The notes beneath the pieces were generated by a model. That model had not been told where the DNA came from, made no database searches, and was given only the letters and a program-made list of their open reading frames with translations. Of a stretch of DNA of 64,000 bases, positions 21,148 to 31,368 are shown piece after piece. The position numbers and the translations under genes were made by a program. The number at the start of each line of letters is the position of its first letter. Position 1 is the first letter of the stretch. This DNA is from an uncultured Desulfobacter sp. GTDB taxonomy: Bacteria > Desulfobacterota > Desulfobacteria > Desulfobacterales > Desulfobacteraceae. The stretch lies in NCBI GenBank assembly GCA_963665095.1, contig OY762069.1:2912001-2976000 (forward strand), written 5' to 3'.

Positions 21148-22323
21148 TTACGACCCTGATTTTTCCGGCTTTATAAGGCAATTATACGAAGGATAGATAA
21201 ATGCACCTTTTTTATCCAGGTTGTAATCAAGCCGGATGAATTGAGTAAGATAATGCTGATGAATTGCCCGGGGATCCATATCCCTGAAGTGTTCAGGATA
21301 GAAAAGTCTGGCCATGTAAGCTACACCGACAAACATTCGCGGCGTTCCGATCAAATCCCAGCAGATGGAATATACACGCCTGTTTTTTACGGCATCGGAC
21401 ATTCTGAACTCAGGTCTTGCAAGGCTGTCACGAACATGGGTTTTCATCCCGTCATAATTTTTTGCCCCATATCCGCTGGCATACCTGGAAGGGGTATGCA
21501 GAAGAATAATTTCAGGACTCTGGGAGACAAGCCACTCTTTATCCGTTTCAAACCATTCAAAGTCATGTCCAAGATCATTGCCCGCGATATTGATACCACC
21601 GGCGGCGGGTATCTGGTATCCAAACCCCATGCATTTGTCGTTAATCGTCCAGCCCGGGCCCATTGGTTCATAATAGACCCGGACCTTGTCCCGGTCCGGG
21701 ATGCCGGCCACCCGTTCCCGGATTTTTCCCAGGGTTTCCCGCTTAAACCGGTTGTATGCAAGGGCTCCTGCCTCATGGCCGGTGATCCGGCCCAAACAGG
21801 AGACCGTATCATATGTATCATTCAGCGTATTGGTGGACATGGCGATCACCTTGACAACCGGTTCCAGCCGTTTGACGGCCATGCGGTAACTGGGTTCACA
21901 CACATAGTGGCCGTTGACAATATACGCTTTGGCACCCGAATCAATAATGGCTTCAAAGTCCGGAGATTCATGCAATGCCCCGGTTGCGGGTTTCCTGCTC
22001 AGCACCGGATAAAAAATGGGCTCCCGGGTAACGTAAGTTGTGACCATCACAACACAATCCCGGGCTCCTATTCCCACCAGGTATTCACAGTTAAAACGGC
22101 TTCCGGCGGCAATTTTTTTAAGAGGCCGGTCAATGGTAATCTTTCTTCCAAAGGCATCCGTAAACGTTACAGGCTTAAAACAGGTTCCGGCCGTCCCCAG
22201 ATCCGTGCCGGTTTCCAGATCCGGGCCACTGTCCGGGGTTTGCCCGAAACACACGATTTCTGGCATGGACAGACAGCAGAATAAAGCCGATAAAATAATA
22301 AAGAAAGAAAACCGTTTTTCCAT
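21148..22323 (-). CDS. Class III (BtuF/FhuD-like) substrate-binding protein
   Basis: Signal peptide, VTFTDAFGRKITI, PDFEAII, AAGGINIA, AVKNRRVY. Confidence 0.88.
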   Translation of the reverse strand: MEKRFSFFIILSALFCCLSMPEIVCFGQTPDSGPDLETGTDLGTAGTCFKPVTFTDAFGRKITIDRPLKKIAAGSRFNCEYLVGIGARDCVVMVTTYVTREPIFYPVLSRKPATGALHESPDFEAIIDSGAKAYIVNGHYVCEPSYRMAVKRLEPVVKVIAMSTNTLNDTYDTVSCLGRITGHEAGALAYNRFKRETLGKIRERVAGIPDRDKVRVYYEPMGPGWTINDKCMGFGYQIPAAGGINIAGNDLGHDFEWFETDKEWLVSQSPEIILLHTPSRYASGYGAKNYDGMKTHVRDSLARPEFRMSDAVKNRRVYSICWDLIGTPRMFVGVAYMARLFYPEHFRDMDPRAIHQHYLTQFIRLDYNLDKKGAFIYPSYNCLIKPEKSGS

Positions 22324-22343
22324 GTTGCATCCTTCTTTTCCCA

Positions 22344-24386
22344 TCAAAACCGGATGGATGCTGTCAGGCCCATTGACCGGGGTTCGCCAACATAGTTTGA
22401 ATAGGATGATTTGTCTGTAAAATATTCTTCATCCGTTAGATTGTCCACGTAAAGATAAATGTCCCAGCGCCCGGTTTCATACCCGATTTTGGCGTTGAAC
22501 AACTCCAGGTGATCCCGCTGAATTGTATTGCCTGCATCATAATAAACTTTGCCGTACCCGTTCATTTCTCCCCGGAAATATATCCCGGATGAATGGCGGT
22601 ATTGAGCGCTTAAGAAAAACGTATAATCGGGCGTATACGTGGGCGTATTTCCCGTATAATCGCCGTACTCATCATATTCGGCCCTGATCCAGGAAAAAGA
22701 GCCGGCAAGATCCAGGCCCTGAAACGGCCGGGATTTAACCTCCAGCTCAATCCCCTGGCTATGGGCCTTTGCGGCATTGGTTGCCACCCAGATACCGGGT
22801 TGTGGCTGACTAAAGACATGCATGTCCTTCATATCCACATAAAACAGGGACGCGTTCATGACAAGCCGCTCATCCAGCCACGATGTTTTGGCCCCGATTT
22901 CATAGTTGACAGAAGTCTCCTCATCAAACTTTGCCGTGTCTTTATCATCGGTGCAATTGTTGAATCCGCCCGCCAGGTAACCCTGGGCCACACTGAAATA
23001 GAGCAGTGCATCAGAATTGACATTCCAAAAAAGAACGCCTTTGGGCAAAAAGGCGTCCCAGTCGTCTTCATCATCCCACTGTGTTTTTGACAATTGCGCA
23101 TCTGTATCCAGGCGGGTGGTTGTACCGGTATAATCTATTGATTTTTTATTATTTTCATACCGTAACCCGGCTGTAAAATTGACCGGTCCAAAAAGGGGAA
23201 CCGTGGCCTGGCCAAAAACGGCCATGGTATCTTCATCCTGGTCATATAAAAAATCAGTCTTCATATAATAGCCAAGACTGCTTTCCAGGTTATACATATT
23301 CCCGTATTCATTTGACCAGCTGTTCTCATAGGAATAATACAAACCGCCAACCCATTTTATGCCTGAATCGTTTTGCGGTGACTGCATGCGCAATTCCTGG
23401 GTAAAGGTATTGCCTTCCAGATCCGCAAGCCGTCCGGAACTGTCACTTACCGATCCCTCCCAAAAGTCTGTTTTCGCGTTACGGTAGGTTGTTGTTGAGT
23501 TAAAGTCGGCACATGAAGCTGAATAATTGATATGTAAAGCAGAATCGTAACCATCTGAGTTCAACCTGTCATCAAGATTTTTACAGGCATGATAGGTGAT
23601 TTCATCCGAAGAAATGGCTGGTCCGACACCTTTGCGGCTCTGATCCACCCCGGCTCTGAAATTAATGTTTAAGCGGTCCGAGGGAACCCACCGGAACTGT
23701 GCCTTGGCACTTGTATTCTGCTGATCGTCAAAGGTATCCTCCCCTGGCATGTCATTGGTCATATATCCGTCAATCCGGCTATATTTGGCAGACAGGGTCA
23801 TAAGCAGTTTATCGTTGATCAAAGGACAGTTTGTAACTCCTTTAAAGCCATAGGTGCCGTTTTGTCCATATGTTGCGCTGATCTTTCCTTGGGCAATATT
23901 ATCCGGTTCTTTGGAAATAATGTTGATGATACCGCCAATGGCATTTTTCCCATACAGGGTTCCCTGGGGCCCGCGTAGAAACTCCACCCGTTCAATATTT
24001 AACAGGTCCGGATTGTAATCTGTCCGACTGTCAAGGGGGATGCCGTCCACAAAGATCACAATGGGGTTCTTCCCGGTAAAGGCGCTTTTGCCAAGCCCCC
24101 TGTAGGTAACGTTGTACCAGCCTCTGACCTGGGTTTGCAGATTCAATCCCGGAATCATGTCAAACAGGTCCACAACACTTTCAGCATCTGCATCCTCAAG
24201 TTCGGTTCCGGTAAAGGCCGTAACAGCCGCAGGCACTTCCTGGATATTTTCCGACCGTTTGTCAGCTGTAACGGTTACTGGATCAAGTGTATATGAATCA
24301 TCCTGCCCAAAGGCAGGGCTGATACATATCAAAATCTGTAAAATGATAACTCCCGCATATTGCCGGCATGTTCTGGATAATGACAT
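22344..24386 (-). CDS. TonB-dependent receptor
   Basis: TonB-box-like LDPVTVTA, plug ERVEFLRGPQGTLYG, C-terminal Phe; alternative start at 24416. Confidence 0.93.
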   Translation of the reverse strand: MSLSRTCRQYAGVIILQILICISPAFGQDDSYTLDPVTVTADKRSENIQEVPAAVTAFTGTELEDADAESVVDLFDMIPGLNLQTQVRGWYNVTYRGLGKSAFTGKNPIVIFVDGIPLDSRTDYNPDLLNIERVEFLRGPQGTLYGKNAIGGIINIISKEPDNIAQGKISATYGQNGTYGFKGVTNCPLINDKLLMTLSAKYSRIDGYMTNDMPGEDTFDDQQNTSAKAQFRWVPSDRLNINFRAGVDQSRKGVGPAISSDEITYHACKNLDDRLNSDGYDSALHINYSASCADFNSTTTYRNAKTDFWEGSVSDSSGRLADLEGNTFTQELRMQSPQNDSGIKWVGGLYYSYENSWSNEYGNMYNLESSLGYYMKTDFLYDQDEDTMAVFGQATVPLFGPVNFTAGLRYENNKKSIDYTGTTTRLDTDAQLSKTQWDDEDDWDAFLPKGVLFWNVNSDALLYFSVAQGYLAGGFNNCTDDKDTAKFDEETSVNYEIGAKTSWLDERLVMNASLFYVDMKDMHVFSQPQPGIWVATNAAKAHSQGIELEVKSRPFQGLDLAGSFSWIRAEYDEYGDYTGNTPTYTPDYTFFLSAQYRHSSGIYFRGEMNGYGKVYYDAGNTIQRDHLELFNAKIGYETGRWDIYLYVDNLTDEEYFTDKSSYSNYVGEPRSMGLTASIRF

Positions 24387-24509
24387 CTTCTGATCTTCCT
24401 TTCCGCTCGTTTCCATTTGATACGTATAACTGCCACCGGCGCACAGTTGTGTTGCCGGTGAACACGTTGGTAAATGAAAGGAACTATACAGGGAAAAGCA
24501 GATCAGAAA

Positions 24510-24545
24510 TGGTAAAATTATCCGCTATTTTTGGTAAAATTATCC
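24510..24545. promoter_or_regulatory. Direct repeat TGGTAAAATTATCC x2 (22-bp period) upstream of the receptor gene
   Basis: Identical 14-mers starting at 24510 and 24532. Confidence 0.55.
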
Positions 24546-24569
24546 ATTTTTACAAAGGGAATGCTTATG

Positions 24570-26431
24570 AAGGGTGTTGAAACCATCCAAATTTTCATAA
24601 AGTTTATGGGTTGCCTATATTTTCGATGGCATTTTTCCAGCAGTCCTATTGCCTAAAATGGTCGTATTATGATCTGATTTTTGTTTTTAACCGTTTCAAA
24701 CAACGTTGAATCTGGTTCATTCTGTAATTCAGATTCACATAGACACATTCCTATCAATAGGCGTGAAAAAAATTCAACCTATCATTTTAAATTTTATCCG
24801 GTGGCCGCGAATAACTCCTTTTGTCCATCATCTTTTTTCTTCGGGTTATGCCTGGTTCCAGCCATTTCAATCAACAATGTGACGATCGTTGTAAATGCAG
24901 ATCGAACAACGACCCCATGCTGGCTTCTCACCCTTGTTTGTTCAAGTCCTTCTCTTTTCTTCATCAAATTGAAAGGACGTTCACAGTTCTTCCGAATGTC
25001 GATTGCTTTTTTGGAATGATAATGAAAAGTTGGCATTGGCTGAAAATGGCCGTTGTCAAAACCAATAATTCTTGATTTGGGACAAGTTGATTCAAATATG
25101 CATTCACCAGGATTGGCAGCACACCCGAACTCATGGCCTTCCGGTGTGGCACCTATAAATTCCATTGGAATTTCGCAAGAGTCATCACAGGTGACTCTCA
25201 ACGGAGAGTCCAAAACATTATCAGGAAGTTTTGCTTTTTCAGATGCCGGGGCCACAACATAAACACCGGTTTCCTTCAGGACAGAACCGTTACTGTCGTG
25301 ATAAGCCTGGTCGGCGGTTATTAATTTCATATCAATACCCAGTGCCTGTGCAAGCTTAATCAATGGTTTTAAAAACAGGCTGTCGTGATGATTTGCTGCG
25401 CCCACAACAGAGACCAAAGGAAAACTATGGCCCGTTTCGGGGTTTATTGCAGTTAAAGTGTGGAGTCTGTATCCGATAACATAAAATGACTTATCCCTTT
25501 TGTTTCTGCGTTTTCCACAGTCAGAATCCAGATCGGAATAAATGCGTATTTTCTTTCCCTTAACTTTGATTGTGCAAAGAGGATAATTGATTTCGGACGG
25601 CAACTCGGATGAATCAACACCATGAATAACAGTATTCTCCAGACAGCCTGATTTATAAAAATAATGGAGGAAATACACCAGGACATTCATCAACTGAACA
25701 AATCGCAGCCCATTCCGGAAATGACACAGTTCGGTATGATCAACCTGGTTTTTGGTGTTTAGAGCTAATCCTACAAAACGCCTGTTTTGTTTTCGTTCTC
25801 TGCCGAAATATTCATCACTGCAAAATTTTCTGTAGCTGATTTCAGGGTATTTGATGATTTTCAAAAGCTCCATCCGAAATAGCTGATAGGGTTGGATATC
25901 TCTGTGTGGAGCAGAATACCCTTCTGGGGCAATCAGGCTGTTGATAATTTGGTTATCTAAAAGCTGGTCAACAAACTGCAGTTCTTCATCCACAATTTCA
26001 GGATATGGTTTTCTTAGCCGGTCGAAATCAAACAGGTTATCAGAATGGAAGTTATCAATATACATAGCCATTTCCTGAAGATTGCGAATTCCCCCAGACG
26101 GGCTTTGATCTTCAATGCCCGTAAGCTTTTCGATGGGAAGACCCAATTCTTGGGAGTAATCATAATTATCCACAACCTCAATCATGATTTCTCTGGTCAG
26201 TTCTTTCTTGGACTTCCTGGTCATATTTTTCCAGTTCGGAAAATCTTTTTTCAATTGATTTGTAATGATTCGCCTGATATTTTTCTCGTGCATAATGCCT
26301 CTGTTTTTGTGTTTTGTTTTCTGAATTAAGCAGCTTAAAATAATACACTTAAACAGAGGTTTTTTCAATCTTTAACTGATTGAATTTTAAATAAATTTTG
26401 CTAATTTCTCGCTATCGATTTCAACACCCTT
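24570..26431 (-). mobile_element. Insertion sequence (IS5/IS1182-like DDE) with 13-bp terminal inverted repeats
   Basis: AAGGGTGTTGAAA at 24570-24582 and its reverse complement at 26419-26431 flank the transposase; no clear target duplication. Confidence 0.8.
24794..26368 (-). CDS. DDE transposase (true start possibly MHEKN, ~26293)
   Basis: HGVDSS, IGYRLH, TADQAY, RKNCERPFNLMK. Confidence 0.85.
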   Translation of the reverse strand: MKKPLFKCIILSCLIQKTKHKNRGIMHEKNIRRIITNQLKKDFPNWKNMTRKSKKELTREIMIEVVDNYDYSQELGLPIEKLTGIEDQSPSGGIRNLQEMAMYIDNFHSDNLFDFDRLRKPYPEIVDEELQFVDQLLDNQIINSLIAPEGYSAPHRDIQPYQLFRMELLKIIKYPEISYRKFCSDEYFGRERKQNRRFVGLALNTKNQVDHTELCHFRNGLRFVQLMNVLVYFLHYFYKSGCLENTVIHGVDSSELPSEINYPLCTIKVKGKKIRIYSDLDSDCGKRRNKRDKSFYVIGYRLHTLTAINPETGHSFPLVSVVGAANHHDSLFLKPLIKLAQALGIDMKLITADQAYHDSNGSVLKETGVYVVAPASEKAKLPDNVLDSPLRVTCDDSCEIPMEFIGATPEGHEFGCAANPGECIFESTCPKSRIIGFDNGHFQPMPTFHYHSKKAIDIRKNCERPFNLMKKREGLEQTRVRSQHGVVVRSAFTTIVTLLIEMAGTRHNPKKKDDGQKELFAATG

Positions 26432-26692
26432 TAACAGCATATTGCTTACGTAAAATGGACAATTTTGTATTTCCGGATCAATTCTCAACTGGAATTAACC
26501 ATTTCCGGTTGAAAAATTCAAAGTAAATTTAATAAGTAAAGAAAGTTTTCCGTTCAGAATTTTGTTATTCACTGTTTTTTAGATAAACACAGTTTCTTTG
26601 CCTGTTTTGAATAGGGGTTATGGGCCGGGACTGCAGGTTTTGAAATCACGGGCTGCCTGAAATCGACATACCTTTTCCGGGGCAATGTACCC

Positions 26693-28126
26693 TCACCGGA
26701 TAATCTGGGTAGACGAGATCGTGTTGATGCCGTACTTATCAATTTTAGCATGCAGGGTGGGCCGGGAAATATCCAAGAGACGTGCAGCCTGAGAACGGTT
26801 GCCGTTGGAGATTTTCAAGGCCTCTTCCACGGCCATGGCACAGATGGTGTCTGTGAAGAATTCAAAGCTGTGGTCGGTGTCAGGATCGTTCAGGCTTGAA
26901 TGGATCCATTGCCGGATGGCATCTTCCTGGCTCAACTCCCCGTTTGTGTCATTGATCTCCTGTTTATGGATAATCTGGCTTAAATCACTCACGGACAGGG
27001 GATTGCCCCGGTTGAAGATCAGGGCTTTATGAATCAGGTTGGCAAGTTCCCTGACATTGCCGGGCCATTCGTACCGGGCCAGAAGGGCTAAGGCCTCTTC
27101 CTTGATGCCGGGGTTGTCAATGTGCAGTTCGTGGGAGAACCGTTCCAGGTAATGGGCGGTCAGGGGCTGGATATCCCCTATGCGATCGCGCAGCGGTGGC
27201 AGTTCAATGGTGACCACCTTGAGTCGGAAATAGAGATCTTCCCTGAAAAGGCCCTGAGCGATGGCAGCCTTCAGGTCCCGGTTTGTGGCGGCAATGATGC
27301 GGACATCCACGGGGATGGTTTCCTCTCCGCCCAACCGTTCAATGCAGCGTTCCTGGAGCAGGCGCAGGATTTTGGCCTGGATGGAGATGGGCATATCCCC
27401 GATTTCATCTAAGAATACCGTGCCGCCGTCCGCCTGTTCAATCTTACCGATGTGCCGCCTGGCAGCCCCTGTGAACGCCCCTTTCTCAAACCCGAAGAGT
27501 TCACTTTCCAGAAGGTTTTCAGGAATGGCCACACAGTTGATAATGGAGAAATTCTTGTCTGACCGGATGCCATGCTGGTAAACAGCCCGGGCCACAAGCT
27601 CCTTGCCCGTGCCCGATTCACCCTGGATCAGGACCGTGGCATCGGTCTGGGCCACACGGCCAATGGTCTTATACACCTTTTGCATGCCAGGACTCTGGCC
27701 CACAATGGCATCCGGGGAGTAGGTGGCAGGCTCCGCATCCACGTGAACCGGGGTGCGCATGCAGTAGCCGGCATCAATGGCCTGGGTGATCAGGTTGAGC
27801 ATTTCAGGAATGTCAAAGGGTTTGAGCAGGTAGTCAAAGGCGCCGGCCTTGGTGGCTTCAATGGCTGTGTCTGTGGTGCCGAAGGCCGTGACAATAATGG
27901 CTGGAAGCGTTGCGTCAAACTTTTTGATCTCTTTGAAAGTTTCAAGCCCGTTCATGCCGGGCAGACGCACGTCAAGAATCACCAGGTCCAGTTTGGTGGT
28001 TTTAACAATCTCAATGCCTGCTTCGCCTGAGGCAGCTGTGACTACTTCATAGCCTTCCTCAGTCAGAAGCTTTGAAAAGCTGGTTCTCAGTTGGTCGTCG
28101 TCGTCAGTGATCAGTATCTTTGCCAT
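26693..28126 (-). CDS. NtrC-family sigma54-dependent response regulator
   Basis: Receiver, GESGTGKE, ESELFGFEKGAFTGA, FLDEIGD, WPGNVREL, Fis HTH. Confidence 0.96.
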   Translation of the reverse strand: MAKILITDDDDQLRTSFSKLLTEEGYEVVTAASGEAGIEIVKTTKLDLVILDVRLPGMNGLETFKEIKKFDATLPAIIVTAFGTTDTAIEATKAGAFDYLLKPFDIPEMLNLITQAIDAGYCMRTPVHVDAEPATYSPDAIVGQSPGMQKVYKTIGRVAQTDATVLIQGESGTGKELVARAVYQHGIRSDKNFSIINCVAIPENLLESELFGFEKGAFTGAARRHIGKIEQADGGTVFLDEIGDMPISIQAKILRLLQERCIERLGGEETIPVDVRIIAATNRDLKAAIAQGLFREDLYFRLKVVTIELPPLRDRIGDIQPLTAHYLERFSHELHIDNPGIKEEALALLARYEWPGNVRELANLIHKALIFNRGNPLSVSDLSQIIHKQEINDTNGELSQEDAIRQWIHSSLNDPDTDHSFEFFTDTICAMAVEEALKISNGNRSQAARLLDISRPTLHAKIDKYGINTISSTQIIR

Positions 28127-29582
28127 AGACCTCTTCTCCTGCAGGCAGCGTGATGGTGAAACACGCCCCGTGACCTTGCTGACTGTCCAGAACCAGACAG
28201 CCGCCGTGTTCGCTGATAATGTTGAAACAGATACTTAAACCAAGACCTGTGCCCTCGTCTTTGGTGGTGAAAAACGGGTTGAAAATTTCATCCTGAATGG
28301 ACGGCGGTACACCCGGACCTGTATCTTCAATCCGGATGACAGCGGTATCATTCTCCTTGTTGATACTGTCCATGGTCTCGGTGATGGTGATTCTCCCGCC
28401 TTTATCCATGGCTTCACAGGCGTTGATGATGATATTGGCCATGGTCTCCTTGAGCTGACCGGCATCCAGAAGAACAGGATCCAGGGGCTCACTGCGTACC
28501 AGTTGCACAGTAACACCATAAGACTTCAGGCGCTGCTCCAGAAGGCGCAGGGCATTGTCCACCACCTGGGAAGGACTCTGGAGTTTCATGGTCAGTTTGG
28601 GAGGCCTGGAAAATTCCAGGAAATTTTCCAGGATTTTATTGATCTGACCGATTTCCGTGGATATCACGCTGATGTTTTCCTGCTGGTCCGGCGACAACTG
28701 CCTGGATCGCCCCAGGGAAAACAACCGCATTTTTATGGAGGTCAGAGGGTTCCTGATGGAGTGGGCAGTGCCCGCAGCCAGCCGGCCTACCAGGGCCAGT
28801 TTTTCCGACTGCATCAGGGATTCCCGGCTTCGTAAAAGCTCGGCATGGGTTTGTTCGGCGTTTTCTATCAACCCGTGGACCCTGTGCTTCAGGGCTTTCA
28901 CTTCATTTCCGGATACCCTGTGAACGCCTAAGTGATCCGCTTCTTCAGCCAGTTTACGGATGGGCTCAAGGATGTGGCGGGTAAAAATATAGTTGATCAA
29001 AAGGCTGAGCAGCACCACCGTGACAATGGCTAAAAGCCCTATGTAACGAAGGTGCCTGGCATCGTTCCCAGAGTCGGCCACAGTTTCATCAATGGCCTGT
29101 TTGTGCTCAGTTTTAAATTTCTCACATAAATCAAAAATTCTGAAAAAATTGGCCCGGACTTCCCGGTGAAGGGCGGCTGCAGCACCTGGATCCCCTTTCT
29201 CATAGAGCATCAGAACCCGGTCCTTGGCCGCCACATAAGTAGTATACGTGCTTTCAATCTGGCAAAGGGTCTCTTTTTCCCAGGGGGCTGAGACCAGAGG
29301 CTTGACACTGGTCAGCTGATCCTTGAACTTCTGTGCAAAATCAGCCATCTGCCTGAGCCATTCCGGATTTTTGTCCATCAGATAATAGGAGAGATACCCT
29401 TTCTGATTAAGCAAAGAGGTCTCCAATGCCTCGGCTGCCTGGTACACAGGGATATGTCTGGCCACAATGCCGGTGAACAACCTTTCTGTCTTATAGGTAT
29501 ACCAGATCATGGCAATGGTCCCCATGACCGTTATACCCAGCAGCACGGCATTTGCAAGATACACCCGTTGTTTCAGGCTCAT
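28104..29582 (-). CDS. Sensor histidine kinase (4-helix periplasmic domain)
   Basis: Two TM, TAHSIRNPL, NIIINA, DTGPG, GTGLGLS. Confidence 0.93.
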   Translation of the reverse strand: MSLKQRVYLANAVLLGITVMGTIAMIWYTYKTERLFTGIVARHIPVYQAAEALETSLLNQKGYLSYYLMDKNPEWLRQMADFAQKFKDQLTSVKPLVSAPWEKETLCQIESTYTTYVAAKDRVLMLYEKGDPGAAAALHREVRANFFRIFDLCEKFKTEHKQAIDETVADSGNDARHLRYIGLLAIVTVVLLSLLINYIFTRHILEPIRKLAEEADHLGVHRVSGNEVKALKHRVHGLIENAEQTHAELLRSRESLMQSEKLALVGRLAAGTAHSIRNPLTSIKMRLFSLGRSRQLSPDQQENISVISTEIGQINKILENFLEFSRPPKLTMKLQSPSQVVDNALRLLEQRLKSYGVTVQLVRSEPLDPVLLDAGQLKETMANIIINACEAMDKGGRITITETMDSINKENDTAVIRIEDTGPGVPPSIQDEIFNPFFTTKDEGTGLGLSICFNIISEHGGCLVLDSQQGHGACFTITLPAGEEVYGKDTDH

Positions 29583-29694
29583 GGCCTTTTCTCCTTCATT
29601 TTTATCCTTTCGTCATATCATACAAAAATGGAAATGGCATTAAATCAGGGCAATTCATTCTTATAACTGGCGGTGTTAAAAAACACCAAAGACA

Positions 29695-30135
29695 TCAGAT
29701 ATCCCCGGATCTCCTGAGCAGCAGGCGTTGTTCGGCTTTACGGATCCGTTCTTCCTGTTCGTCTTTGCGGTTCCATGCATTGGCAAGTTTGGTGCTGATA
29801 TCATCAAAATCTGCAGGCTTCATCAGGTAATCAAAGGCACCGGCTTTCATGCCTTCCACAGCTGTTTCCGTGGAGCCGTGGCCTGTGAGAAGAATGACCT
29901 CCACCAGGGGGTAGGTGGCCTTGATCTCTTTTAAGGTCTGAATGCCGTCCATGCCGGGCATGCGGATATCTAAGATCACCACGTCAATGGGCGTTGTTTT
30001 TAAAAGGTCCAGGGCCTCCTGTCCTGAATAGGCCGCAGAAACTCTTTCCCCCTGGCGGGTCAGGCGCAGGGAAAACATCTCCACAAAATCTTTTTCATCA
30101 TCAACAATCAGGATTTTCACCGGTATTTTTACCAT
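29695..30135 (-). CDS. Stand-alone receiver-domain protein
   Basis: IVDDE, ILDIRMPGMDG, LTGHG, AFDYLMKP. Confidence 0.93.
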   Translation of the reverse strand: MVKIPVKILIVDDEKDFVEMFSLRLTRQGERVSAAYSGQEALDLLKTTPIDVVILDIRMPGMDGIQTLKEIKATYPLVEVILLTGHGSTETAVEGMKAGAFDYLMKPADFDDISTKLANAWNRKDEQEERIRKAEQRLLLRRSGDI

Positions 30136-30180
30136 GGGTTTTTCTCCTTAAAAAATTATATAAGAACTTGTCGTTTAAAT

Positions 30181-31350
30181 TTATTCAGAATGCCACTCGG
30201 GCAGGCAGAACGTGAAAGTTGCGCCTTGTCCCGGTTGTGAATCCACACGGATGCTGCCGGAAAGCCCGGACATGATCTTATGTACCACAAACAGCCCGAG
30301 TCCCGTGCCGGATTCGTTTTCCGACACATTGGGCTTTGTGGTGAAAAAGGGATCAAATATCTTTTCCATATTCTCCGGCGTAATGCCGGAGCCGTTGTCC
30401 CTGATCTCCATGCAGACCGACTGATCATTCCTGTGCAGAGAGAGACGGATCTTTCCATTGGTGTCCACGGCATCCACCGCGTTTTCCAAAAGGTTGATCA
30501 GTACCTGGCGCACTTGGAATGGATCGGTATGCATCAGCATCTGGTGTTCAGGTTCCGGGTCCCATTCCACAGAGACGTTTTTGGTCTGGGTTTTCTGTTT
30601 GATCAGCACCACTGTATCTTCGGTGAGCTGGCGGATATCCACCGGTGTCAGGTCCCGCCCGTGCTTGCGGACGTATCCGAGCAACTGGTGGGTGATCCGT
30701 CTGGCCCTGTCCACACTTTTTTCTATTTTTTCAAGACCCTTGAAAAGCATCTCTTTGTCCGGTGTTTCGCCCGGTTCTTCCAGGACCATGCGCATGAACC
30801 CGGCTGACTCCTTGATAATGGCCAAAGGGTTGTTGATCTCATGGGCAATGCCCGTGGACATGGTGCCAAGGGAGGCCAGGCGCTGGGTGTGGATCATGCG
30901 TTTTTCCAGGCGCCGCCGGAAAATTTTGTCCCGCTCCCGGGCCGCTTCCAGGCGCTTGAGTTCCCATGCCTGGCGGATTTTTCCTGCCAGGTGGTCTATT
31001 TCCACAGGCTTTGACAGATAATCAAAGGCGCCTGCCTTGACCCCTTCAACCCCTTCGGTTACAGCAGCATTGCCTGTCAGAAAAATTACCTGCAGGCCGG
31101 GATGGTATTTGCTGATGGCCTCAAAGGTTTCCATACCCGACATCCCGGGCATTTTCATATCCAGCACCACCACATCCACCTCGTTGGCACCCAGAAACTC
31201 CAGGCAGGAGGCCCCGTCCGGGGCCTGGCTGATGGCCATATTTCTACGTTCCAGGCGCCGGGCAATGGCGTGCCGGTAATTGTCCTCATCATCCACCAGC
31301 AGCACGCGGACAACTTTGCCGGTATCATTTTCAAGGGTATTGATTTCCAT
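30181..31350 (-). CDS. Receiver-histidine kinase hybrid (cytoplasmic)
   Basis: N-terminal receiver, then [21 protein letters not shown]. Confidence 0.93.
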   Translation of the reverse strand: MEINTLENDTGKVVRVLLVDDEDNYRHAIARRLERRNMAISQAPDGASCLEFLGANEVDVVVLDMKMPGMSGMETFEAISKYHPGLQVIFLTGNAAVTEGVEGVKAGAFDYLSKPVEIDHLAGKIRQAWELKRLEAARERDKIFRRRLEKRMIHTQRLASLGTMSTGIAHEINNPLAIIKESAGFMRMVLEEPGETPDKEMLFKGLEKIEKSVDRARRITHQLLGYVRKHGRDLTPVDIRQLTEDTVVLIKQKTQTKNVSVEWDPEPEHQMLMHTDPFQVRQVLINLLENAVDAVDTNGKIRLSLHRNDQSVCMEIRDNGSGITPENMEKIFDPFFTTKPNVSENESGTGLGLFVVHKIMSGLSGSIRVDSQPGQGATFTFCLPEWHSE

Positions 31351-31368
31351 GGGTGTAAAAAAATTCTC

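Noticed and set aside
21241..22284. 347-aa plus-strand ORF
   Set aside because: Antisense shadow of the substrate-binding protein gene
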